Shown one piece after another: positions 1 to 14,699 of a stretch of DNA of 64,000 bases. This DNA is from the human T2T-CHM13v2.0 reference genome, Homo sapiens: the NCBI RefSeq assembly GCF_009914755.1, contig NC_060944.1; one strand, given 5' to 3'. Below the pieces are notes generated by a model. The model was given only the letters and a program-made list of their open reading frames with translations. It was not told the origin of the DNA and made no database searches. Both the position numbers and the translations under genes were made by a program. Every line of letters begins with the position of its first letter. Position 1 is the stretch's first letter.

Positions 1-200
1 GCACTCCAGCCCGGGAAACAAGAGCGAGACCCTGTCTCTAAAAAAACAAAACAACAAAAACAAACAAAAAAAATCATAGTTCTACTAGGTTGAAAATCGT
101 TATGTTTTGGGAAGTTTCTGGCTTAATTACCAGGTTTAAAAATAAATGTGTGCAGTTTATTTCAATTATACATCAAGAAAAAAAAAAAACAAAAACAGAA

Positions 201-492
201 GGCTGGGCATGGTGGTTCACGCCTGTAATCCCAGCACTTCAGGAGGCTGAGGCAGGCGAATCAGAAGGTCAGGAGTTCAAGACCAACATAGTGAGACCCC
301 GTCTCTACTAAAAATACAAAAAAAAAATTAGCTGGGCATGGTGGCAGGCGCCTGTAATCCCAGCTACTCAGGAGAGGCTGAGGCAGGAGAATTGCTTGAA
401 CCCAGGAGGCGGTTGCAGTGAGCCGAGATCACGCCACTGCACTCCAGTCCAGCGACAGTGCGAAATTCCATCTCAAAAAAAAAAAAAAAAAA
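201..492 (+). mobile_element. AluS element in EIF2S2 intron 1
   Basis: Dimeric Alu with A-tail; flanking direct repeat AAAACAGAA. Confidence 0.9.
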
Positions 493-2472
493 CAGAAATA
501 TGAATAAAACAGAAAATTACTTTTTAATAGCAGCCTCTTTAATTGTCTAGCCTGACCACCAGGCAGGATTACTTCCACTCTGGGAAAGTCCTTGGCAGTT
601 TATAAATCATTTTCAAGTACAGAGTTTTATCTGATCCTCACAAGTCTGTACAGTAGCCAGATGTTAAAGGAATGGCCTAAAAATACTTACCTAGTCAACA
701 GCACTACAGGAACCAGGCCCTATACCCTATTCTTCATACCCCTCTCTACTCCTAACTTCTACCTGGCAGAATGGAAGCCAAAGACCAGGGTTCTTGTCCT
801 ACTAACTTTCTGCATGATCTTGGACAAGTTAATCTCCCTCGGCCCCGGTTTCCTGTAAAATACAGTTGGACCGGCACCCCTAAGTGGCCAAACTAATACT
901 TTATTGGCTTCCAAAGTCCTATGCCGAAATGCTGGTTCTGCCATCTTTGCTTCACAAAATTCTGTTCATCCAGCAGTAATGCATTCATATTCCACTTCTT
1001 TCAAAGCCTAATCCCACTGATCCCTCTAGCCCTCCAAGTCACTACGTTGATGGTCCTATTTCTACCTTGTGTGTCATCTAGTTGACCCATACACAGAATA
1101 ACACCCCATGGAATCTTGCACACGTAAGTACTGTATTTGCCAAAGGTTATGAGAAGTTTGAAAAATGAGTAGAAACAAAACAAGTGTGAAACACTGCCAC
1201 TCTCAGAACTTTTGAAATACAGCAGCCTAGAGCAATGTCTATAACCGCCAAGGACCATATACAAACTTTCAGTTTCTCTAACCCATTAAGATCCTAGTCA
1301 ATCTGGAATTCTACTGGTTTAGCCACTTAGTATTTGATCATGGGCATTATACAACTCTGTAACACTCAAATTTTTCATCTCTAAAATGGGCACAACAATA
1401 GACCTATTTTACAGGACTGTTGTGAGAACCAAGTAAGAGACTGGAATCCCGTCCAGAATATATTCCAAATTCCTTAACTTCGTCTTCACAGCCCTCCATG
1501 AACTAGTCATTACCTGCTTGGCAAGTGTTCACCCCTTAACTCTAATCAAACTGGAGATTATTCTACTTCCTGTGAGCACATTTACTGGCCTTTCTCGACC
1601 ATTCCTTTGCCCTTGTGATCAAGGCTTCCTATTGCCTGAGGAAATTCTCAACAACTTACGGGGCCTCCCCCAATGTTAAGCAATACCTACTGGGAGTACT
1701 TAACATCAACTTCATTTTAAGTCGTTAGACGTTATATCAACTAGGATAAATCTGAGGGAAAGGGATTTGAGGAAATTCACTGAGATCCAAGTACCACGGT
1801 AAAAAAAGATCCAGCCAGTTTCACAGCCCGCACTTCCCGCTCACGTCGCCGGTAGCCCTCTGTTAAGGGAAGCTCAGGGGCTCGCCCGGAAACTTTCCGG
1901 GAAGGTCAGTCACTTCCTGAGGCTGCAGAATCTTTTTCTCTCGTTCTAACCCCATCACCCCCTCGTCTTTTTAAAAAACAATGCTAGGAAGGCAAACAAG
2001 GGCGGGATACCGGCCCCGACAAGATAGCCTAGAAAGTTTTAACGAGGGCGTTATACCAAGCCAAGAGAGGCTCCTCGCGGCACCCCTGGCACCCCCGGCA
2101 CCCAGTGAGGCGAGCTGGGGCGGCAGTGCCCAGCAGAAAGGAATGCAGGGATCGCCAGCCCCAGTCTCGTTCGGGGTTATTAACCGGGCATTCGAGCCCC
2201 TTCCGGGAGGACGACTCAACGTGTGCTCTCCATTCCGGAAACGCCAACCACGGCAGGAGGTCCGCCTCAGCGCTGCCGCCCTGAGGAAAGCGGGCTGCGG
2301 CCAAGCCTGCGGCTCCGGAGTCCTCGCCGGCTCTGCCGCTCCGGGCCGCCTAGGCGCGGCTGCCTCACATGGCGGCGGCCGGCTGCTAGGCCGCAGGCCC
2401 GTTCTCCCACACTGGAGTGGGTTAGGCTTCTCGCCTCAATCCTTAGCCCTTACGCCGGGCTCAGATCCTCAC

Positions 2473-2487
2473 CTCGTCCCCAGACAT
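2473..2487 (-). CDS. EIF2S2: EIF2S2 (eIF2-beta) first coding exon, 5 codons (MSGDE); intron 1 runs off the left end of the window
   Basis: Minus strand reads GCAGCC ATG TCT GGG GAC GAG | GTGAGG: good Kozak context and a phase-0 canonical donor at 2472-2467, inside a CpG island. MSGDE matches the eIF2-beta N-terminus as I recall it (MSGDEMIFDP...). The neighbouring RPS2 pseudogene and old HML-2 provirus fit 20q11.22. Confidence 0.9.
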
Positions 2488-2620
2488 GGCTGCGGCTCGA
2501 GTGGGCTCGGCACGGACGGGAAGTCAGACGGGTCAGCCCCAGGCCCCGGCGGCAGCGCTGCCCCTGCCGATACCTCTCCCACCACCGCACTAGGCTCTTG
2601 CATCAGCGAAAGGAAACGAC
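2488..2620 (-). other. EIF2S2: EIF2S2 5' UTR (TSS approximate, near pyrimidine tract GTTTCCTTTC)
   Basis: GC-rich stretch upstream of the ATG. A pyrimidine-rich initiator-like tract lies at ~2608-2617 on the minus strand. The exact TSS cannot be read from sequence. Confidence 0.6.
2598..2605 (-). promoter_or_regulatory. C/EBP-ATF (CARE/AARE) composite motif TGATGCAA
   Basis: Plus strand TTGCATCA matches the ATF4-C/EBP consensus core. EIF2S2 is generally reported as ATF4-responsive. Confidence 0.65.
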
Positions 2621-2649
2621 ACCCCGCCCTCTCCTCCAAGCGTTGGAAA

Positions 2650-2661
2650 TGCGCCTGCGCA
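2650..2661. promoter_or_regulatory. NRF1-type motif TGCGCCTGCGCA (related copies at ~2674 and ~2782)
   Basis: Near-palindromic GCGC-n-n-GCGC motif just upstream of the presumed TSS. Confidence 0.6.
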
Positions 2662-2746
2662 GAGCTCGCCAAGGCGCAGGCGCGCAGAAGAGCCAACCTA
2701 GCGCGCTTCGTGTGGCGCGAGTTACCAGGCGACGCCGCGTCGCCAG

Positions 2747-2765
2747 GCATGCCGGGACTTGTAGT
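2747..2765 (-). promoter_or_regulatory. Extended ZNF143/THAP11 (SBS) motif ACTACAAGTCCCGGCATGC
   Basis: Matches the ACTACAnnTCCCRnnATGC consensus typical of bidirectional housekeeping promoters. An ETS CCGGAAG lies at 2838-2844 and an AP-1 TGAGTCA at 2952-2958. Confidence 0.7.
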
Positions 2766-3515
2766 CCATTTATAAGAGGGTTGCGCTTGCGCTGTAGCCG
2801 CCCAGCGACCTGTGCGCGGCGTCTGAGCGAGCTGCAGCCGGAAGAACATTCGGTTGTTGATATTGCCTCAGCCTTTTGGAGCATTCTTTTGCGCTGCTTG
2901 TAGAGTGAATTGGGGTCCCTTCCTCCTGGGTTAGGGTAGTGGGTTAGACACTGAGTCATATGAACCCGCTGGAGCTTTAGTTTCCCACATGACCCCCGGG
3001 CGTCATGGTGTTTGAGAAATTCTGAGTTGGAGCTAGAGGCGCCCACCTCCCTAAGGGTTTTTACTTCGTAAGAAATTTGACGGCTGGTTTTCTGCTTGGG
3101 AGGTCAGAAACCAAAGTATCTTCCCGGTCTTCCCCCAGGAGAGATAACATCTCCTGAGGAGAAACAACCACGCAAGAGGCAGCTGTCGGGGAGCCTCAGA
3201 ATACTTGTTTATGAAATCTGATTGAATGGGTGCGCCACGCAATTTCCCTTGAGACCTAACAACAGCAGCGACCCTTTAGGGAGCTCTCACTGCGGCTGTG
3301 CTCTCCAGCCAAAGACCATCGAGAACACTCCTGTAGCTGGACAAAGTGGAGTTTATGGTCTTGCAAGTAGGGCAGTACGCCGTGGGAAACACCGGGACGT
3401 CTTTGGAAGAGGGTGTTGGAAAGAATTTACAGGGTTTGGGCAGGGTTTAAGGAAGCAGAGCTTCTCTCTGGATTAGATGCAGTCAGGAGGTGGGGGTAAT
3501 TCTATGATTGGGTAA

Positions 3516-5190
<1,675 letters not shown>

Positions 5191-5793
5191 TATATCTGGT
5201 CATTTTTTTGTGGTTGGCACAATGTTTATTTTTGTTTGTTTATATTCAGACATCATTGTGGAGTGGTTTTGTTTTTGTTTGGACCCGCCGTGCTCACAGA
5301 ATGGCCTTGTCTGATGTTGGTGTTCTGAAATTGTTAGTGTTCAACAGGGCAGCACATCCTAGTTAATAGTGCCAGCCGGCTTCCTGCTATCACGGGCTGC
5401 ATCTCTTTTCACTGTGTTCCACATTACTTAATCATATTTGCTGCTTTAGGTCTCAACACAACTGTGTGAGATAATCCACAGACACCTAGTACTCTCTACT
5501 GGATATTAGTCCCTAATCTAAGCATGGCAGTTCCTTGCCTCCAAGGAGCTTACATCTTAGTGAGATGGATGGTTTATTAGCCCCTTTTTCCAGATGAGGA
5601 AACTGCTTTTGTGGCACTGAATAATTAGTCAGAAGCCATATACAGCCAGCAAAACAGGTAACCTGGGAATCCAAGTCCAGACAATCTGATGCCAGTGGCT
5701 GCCCCTTTACCACCTTGAGAATCTGAATCCCTAAGGAGCCTGGACTAGTGCCATCAAACCTCAGTCATTTTCAGCTACTGATATTTGTGCATA

Positions 5794-6030
5794 CCAGAGT
5801 TACTCAATGGCAGCATTATTGACATATTGGCAGACAATTCTTTGTCAGGCCAGATAATTCTTTGTTGTGGGATGTTGTTCTGTGCATTGTAAGATGTTTA
5901 GCAGCATCCCAGCCTCTATATAATAAATGCCAGTGGCACCCTCCCCCTAGTTGTGACAACCAAAAATGTCTCCAGACACTCCCAAATATCCCCTGGGAGA
6001 GACAGAATCACCCCTGTTTGAGAACCACTG
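5794..6030 (-). mobile_element. MER20 (hAT-Charlie DNA transposon)
   Basis: Ends TTGAGAACCACTG (reverse complement of the CAGTGGTTCTCAA terminus). Internal GTTGTGACAACCAAAAATGTCTCCAGACA and GATGTTTAGCAGCATCCC blocks match MER20 as recalled. Confidence 0.8.
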
Positions 6031-7245
6031 GTGTACATCATTTTTTGGATCTTTGAGAGAGAAACATTTGGTACATGACAGTCCCCAAATCATTTTAAGT
6101 GGGATGCCTTGAAGAGAAGAGAGGGAAACAGTGTGGCCTAAGTTTTGGAAAAGCCTGTTCAACTACAAAAATGACAGATAAAGGAAAAATAAATGAAATG
6201 GAAAAATGAAAGAAGACAAGTGGAAAAGGAGCTTATGAAATGATCTGTGGGCCAGACATGGTAGCTCACACCTGTAATCCCAGCACTTTGGGACGCCGAG
6301 GTGGGAGGATCGCTCGAGCTCAGGAGTTTGGGACTAGCCTGGGCAACATAGATCCATCTCTACAAAAAAAAAAATTTTTTTTAATTAAAAAATAAGTTAC
6401 TCAGATCACACCAAAGAAGTTAGTTCACACTAACTTAAGTTACTCAGATCACACCAAGGAAGTTAGCTTGTTAGTTCACACTAACGAAGACACTAAGAGA
6501 ACTAAGAAAGTCTTTTTTTTTTTTTCTTGAGACGGAGTATTGCTCTGTCGCCCAGGCTGGAGTGCAGTGGCTCGATCTCGGCTCACTGCAAGCTCCACCC
6601 ACTGGGTTCACGCCATTCTCCTGCCTCAGCCTCCTGAGTAGGTGGAACTACAGGCGCCTGACACCACGCCCGGCTAATTGTTTTTGTATTTTTAGTAGAG
6701 ATGGGGTTTCACTGTGTTAGCCAGGACGGGTCTCGATCTCCTGACCTCGTGATCTGCCGGCCTCAGCCTCACAAAGTGCTGGGATTATAGGCGTGAGCCA
6801 CCACACCCAGCCAAGAAAGTCTTAATGAGACCTCGTTGTACCTTCACTCCCTGTTTGGGAAATGCTGCTGTGTTTAGCAAATACTCTTGACCACTTTTAT
6901 GAAAAAATTTATTTTCCCTTACAGCATGGTACCAGGTGTAATCTCCCTGAACTGGCTATGTGCAAGAAGACTTCCTTCAGAGATTTCAGGCTTCCTCCAA
7001 GGTAGCAATTTCTTTTCTAGGAAAAGCCAAGATTCCCTGGCAAAAGTCACAAAGCAACGATAGCTAAACTTTTCCTGGTTTTCCAAGAGATTGATCCTAC
7101 TAACAACACAAATAATTTATATTTTCATAACTTCTTTCCTCCAGGAATCTGCAATGCATATAGACACTTATGGATTTTCTTCTCAATACCTGTGAGAGAA
7201 ATAGTGTAATTTTGTTTTATAAATACAGAAGCCAAGTTATGGAAT

Positions 7246-7267
7246 ACACACACACACACACACACAC
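7246..7267. repeat. (CA)n microsatellite
   Basis: Run of ACAC read directly. Confidence 0.9.
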
Positions 7268-7719
7268 CAAGCAGAGATACAGAAACAAGACTATTGGACT
7301 TTTCATTCTGGGCCATGCTCAATACCACCCCAGATCTCCAACTGCCCAACAGTAAGCTAATGATGATAGTACTTCAATTGTATGCTTAATTATATGTTTT
7401 CATTGGCTTTGAACTATTCCACAGTCTCCACTTGACCCATAAAATAGCAGGCCTGTAGAGAATGTGACTTAAAGTTAAATAGTGACAGAACTTGAACTAG
7501 AACCCAGATCTCATGATTCTTAGTGCAATACTCTTTTTATTTAGTAAGCAAGGTCACACATCCTCATGGGTAATATTTAACTTACAGAAAACATGATTAA
7601 GATAAAAATTATAATCCACGTAGAAATTGGTATTTTCTGTGTGGATTATAGCCAGATTTTCTGTGGAAATGCAAGATTTTCCACATAGAAAATCTGGGTA
7701 TTTTCCACAGCAAGTCATC

Positions 7720-8528
<809 letters not shown>

Positions 8529-9183
8529 TCATCATATATACTAAAAATGACCAAAGCTAACGTAATTAATCTCAGTTGTATTATAATATATCTGAAAGAA
8601 TATGTTAGAATTGAAATGGTTTACTTGGAACCCAGAAGGAGAAGAATAAGCCAGGATGGCTTATTCCATTCAGCAGTGTTCAGGATAGAGAAATTATGAA
8701 TCCAAAGAACATGGTTAAAAGCTAGTCATTAGAGAGGTATACTTGTTCTAGAGCGAAGATAAGCTCAGGCCTTACCTGTGACCTGAATGAAATGGGTCTT
8801 AATACCATCTCTTTTTTCAAATGATCAGAAGATCATTTGCCAAATAACATTTTCATTAGTGACTTAAAATCCTTGGTTCCTTTGCACTGGGAAGGAAATG
8901 CTCTAGACAGCAAACAAATATTTTACTCACTGGAAACATACATTCTATGTTATATTCCACAGAGACTGTAACTGTGAGGATAGGAAATTGTTAATGACAG
9001 CTGTGTCCCTAGTTCCTTAGAATAATGCTTCGCACAAAGTAGGTTCTTTACAACTATTTGATGAATGAATGAATGTACATTAGTAAATTAGGATTATCCT
9101 TTATACCACAATCTCTTATGAATTTGGTTATTGTGAATCAATCCTCAAGTATCTGTTCCATGATACATGCTTTAGGAAAATCA

Positions 9184-9408
<225 letters not shown>

Positions 9409-10560
9409 TCATCCTCAATGACTGCTGTGGAACAAAACAAGGGTCTTTGAGATCTTATTTGGTTAGTCCCTGACCTCCTTCTCCCATATCTTTTTCTTGG
9501 TTCTCTTGTAACTCCAGTTCATCCTCCATCTAGCCCATCGAGTTTCCTGGGGCCGGGAAAAAAACACTAATCAAGCTGCTCCCTTGCCTAAAAATCAGTT
9601 AATTCTCTGTTACCTTCAGAAGAATAGATTTCCACAGTCTGCCTCCAAGCCCCTCTCACCATGCTACTGTCTACCCTTCTTACCATTCTCCATTGTGTAT
9701 GCTGTTTCAGTCATACTAAATCATTTAATATTTCATAAACATGCTGTGCCATTTCATTTTTTCCATGCTGTTCCCTCTCTAGAACGTCCTTCCCTCCTGT
9801 TCCCGGAATCTGATGAACTCCTGTCATCCTTTAAGATCCAGATCTAGACTTTACTTTTTTAAAGAAGCCTTTGATTTCTGTACAAGGGAAAAAAATGATT
9901 CCTTTCTCTCTACTTGTCTTTTTTCTATTACAGCTCTTATATTATGTTGTAGCTGTCTTTGAGATCCTGGAGGGTGGGATCTGTACCTTACTCATATTTC
10001 TTTGCTTTCCCAAAACCTAGCACATGTTTGTGAATGCAGGCACCCGTATGGGGCGATAGGTATAAGTGCTAATTACTAACTTGCACCAGTCTTCACTTCT
10101 TGAATGTCGCCTCCTTCCCAAGAGAGGATGGGAAAACCTCCCAGCTGTATTCTGTTTGGAATAATTGGATGTGAGCATAGGAAATAAATATGTTTTACAT
10201 ACTCCTTTTATGATTCACTATAAAAGGAGGTGATCAGTTTTTGTTTTCACTTTTTTGAGACAGGGTCTCACTTTGTCACCTAGGCTGGAGTGCAGTGGCA
10301 TGATCATGGCTCACTGCAGCCTCAAACTTCTGGGCTCAGGCAATCCTCCTGCCTTATCCTCTCAAGTAGCTAGGACTACAGGCAAGTACCTCCACACCCA
10401 GCTAATTAAAAAAAAAAATTGTAGAGATGGGGGTCTCACTGTGTTGCCCCAGCTGGTCTCAAAGTCCTGGCCTCGAGTGATTCTCCCACCTCGGCCTCCC
10501 AGTGTGCTGGGATTACAGGCGTGAGCCATAAAAGCACCTGATAGTCTTCTTGAAAGATTA

Positions 10561-10860
<300 letters not shown>

Positions 10861-11114
10861 TTAGCCGGGCATGGTGGCATGTGCCAGTGGCCCCAACTAA
10901 TCAAGAGGCTGAGGCAAGAGAATCTCTTGGGCTCAGGAGTTCGAGGCTGCAGTGAGTTATGATCACACCACTGCACTCCACCCTGGGTGACAGCAAGACC
11001 CTGTTCTCTTTTAAAAAATCAATTAAAAAAAAAAGAATATGAATGTTTTTTGATGATGTTATCCAAGGTTACTTAGTATCTTGCCATCTGTACAGAAGAC
11101 TTCAAAACTCTTAA

Positions 11115-12175
<1,061 letters not shown>

Positions 12176-12731
12176 AAAGAGAGCACTAAACTGGGAGACA
12201 AAAGACCAAGGTTGGAGTTCTTGGTTGTTTTCCACAGATAGATCAGTCTCAAGGAATTTGAGACTTCCTTGAAACTCAAGGAAGTACTCAAGGAAGTTGA
12301 GTAAAGGAAGCTTCTTTACTCATTGTTTCTGTTAATTCATCTTTAAACAGGATAAAAAAGACTGTGGAGTCTAGATTTGTATGAGGATCAAATAAAAACC
12401 AAAAAAAACAAACGTTTAAAATAATTTTTTGAGTTGTAGTTGTTCTCAATATTCCAGAGCCTCTGATCTCTTGATATTTGTTACAAGTTTCACATCTTAT
12501 TTCATAATGAAATGCTAAAGATGCCTCAGCAATAGCCAGTTGACTTCAAAGGTCTTGTATGAGGAATCCTTTTAATTTGGGCTATTCACCTTATAATTTG
12601 GTCCTGGGAAAACAGCAAATAAATAAACTTTTATGAGGACTATTTATGATCTAAGATGCTAATTATCAATGTAGTTTAGCATGAACTAATGAAATACAAG
12701 CTCAGGATTTTCATGTTAGTATAAAAAAGCT

Positions 12732-13720
12732 CTTCTTCAACAAATCCCCAAATGGCGGATGACGCCTGTGCAGGGGGCGGCAGGGCGTGGGGTGCGGAGG
12801 TCGGGTGGAGGCCGGGCGGAGGCCGGGCGGAGGCCCCCGCAGCCCTGGGAGGGATGGGGAACCGCGGTGGCTTCCGCGGAGGTTTCGGCGGTGGCATCCG
12901 GGGCCAGGGTCATGGCCGTGGACTGGGCCGGAGCCGAGGCCATGGAGCTCGCAGAGGCAAGGCCGAGGATAAGGAGTAGATGCCCGTCACCAAGCTGGGC
13001 CACCTGGTCAAGGACATGAAGATCAAGTACCTGGAGGATGTCTCTTCTCCCTGCCCATCAAGGAATCTGAGACCATTGACTTTTTTCTGGGGTCCTCTCT
13101 CAAGGAAGAGGGTTTGAAGATTATGCCGGTGCAGAAGCAGACCCGCGCGGGCCAGCGCACCAGGTTCAAGGCGTTTGTTGCCACCGGGGACTACAATGGC
13201 CACGTCGGTCTGTGCGTTAAGTGCTCCAAGGAGGTGGCTACTGCCATCCGCGGGTCCGTCATCCTGACCAAGCACTCCATTGTCCCCATGCGCAGAGGCT
13301 ACGGGGGAACAAGATGGACAAGCCCACACCGTCCCTTGCAAGGTGACAGGCCGCTGCGGCTCTGTGCTGGTGCACCTCATCCCTGCACCCAGGGGCACTG
13401 GCATCGTCTCCGCACCTGTGCCCAAGAAGCTCCTCATGATGGCTGGTATTGATGACTGCCACACCTCAGCCAGGGGCTGCACTGCCACCCTGGCAACTTC
13501 GCCAAGGCCACCTTTGACACCATCTCTAAGACCTACAGCTACCTGACCCTCAACCTCTGGAAGGAGACTATATTCACCAAGTCTCCCTATCAGGAATTCA
13601 CTGACCACTTCGTCAAGACCCACACCAGAGTCTCCATGCAGAGGACCCAGGCTCCAGCTGTGGCTACAGCATAGGGTTTTTATACAAGAAAAACAAACTG
13701 AATTAAGCCTGAAAAAAAAA
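12732..13720 (+). pseudogene. RPS2P1: Processed pseudogene of ribosomal protein S2 (uS5), full-length
   Basis: Intronless homology across frames: MADDA...[12 protein letters not shown]...[41 protein letters not shown], ending TAG at 13672-13674. Has a TGG>TAG stop at 12977-12979, frameshifts and an A-tail. TSD AAAAAAGCT at 12723-12731 and 13721-13729. The parent is clear; the P1 number is inferred from the locus. Confidence 0.9.
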
Positions 13721-13764
13721 AAAAAAGCTGGTCTCAAATTAGGGGCCAACATGGAAGAATTAAT

Positions 13765-14245
13765 ATCTGTTGAGTACTTACTAAGTGTCAGGCCCTATAG
13801 ATGTTACATGCATTATCTCATTTAATACTCAACAACAGCCTTGTCAGGTTAAAAGTATTATACCCATTTTATAAACAGGTTAATGAAGGCTCAGAGAGTG
13901 TCAGTCACTTACCCAACATAACCCAGTGAGTAACAGAGATGGAATTTGAGCCCAAGTCTGTGTGAATCTGAAGCCCATATTATTTCTACTATGTTACAGT
14001 GCCTCTGAAAATATATTTAACTGTGCCTACTTCTAATAGAGTTTATGATAAATGATATATATTTGATGTTTATATATTTATATCAATTATTTTACTTCAT
14101 CATTACAAGTAAGATAGACTATCTAGGGATGATTATCACCACTTTACAGATGAGGAAACAGATGGTCAGAAAATTTAACTTACCTAGCTTCAGACCAGTA
14201 AATGATAATAACAGGGCTTGGACACATGTACCGCAACTCTCAGAC
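13765..14245 (-). mobile_element. Two MIR remnants
   Basis: CCCATTTTATAAACAG...GGCTCAGAGAG and TTTACAGATGAGGAAACAG core motifs. Confidence 0.7.
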
Positions 14246-14699
14246 TCCTACTTTTTCCACATTGGCCTATGAGAGTAGAATTTTATCTATATTTTACCTA
14301 TGAATTTTCTTTTTTTTTTTTTTTTTTTTTTTTTGGAGACGGAGTCTTACTCTGTCGCCCAGGCTGGAGTGCAGTGGTGCAATCTTGACTCACTGCAACC
14401 TCTGTCCCCCAGCTTCAAGCGATTCTTCTGCCTCAGCCTCCCAAGTAGCTGGGAGGGATTACAGTCGCCTGCCACTGTGCCTGGCTAATTTTTGTATTTT
14501 TAGTAGAAATGGGGTTATATCATCTTGGCCAGGCTGATCTTGAACTCCTGACCTCATGATCTACTCGCCTTGGCCTCCCAAAGTGCTGGATTACAGGCGT
14601 GAGCCACCTCGCCCAGCCATATCTATGAATTTTCTGGTTCTAACTTTTTTTAATAGGAGCAAAGAGTGGACATCTTGACAGTCTTGCACTTCTGTTTAT

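Larger units (their letters stand above)
1825..3060. promoter_or_regulatory. CpG island / EIF2S2 promoter, probably bidirectional
   Basis: Dense CpG and high GC compared with the CpG-depleted flanks; spans exon 1. Confidence 0.9.

Noticed and set aside
1981-3046. Long ORFs of 264, 226, 147 and 126 aa over the CpG island
   Set aside because: Stop-poor GC-rich sequence, overlapping in several frames on both strands, with no recognisable domain. The real coding part is the 15-nt EIF2S2 exon.
12910-13752. 280-aa minus-strand ORF
   Set aside because: Antisense shadow of the RPS2 retrocopy, running through its A-tail (FFFF).
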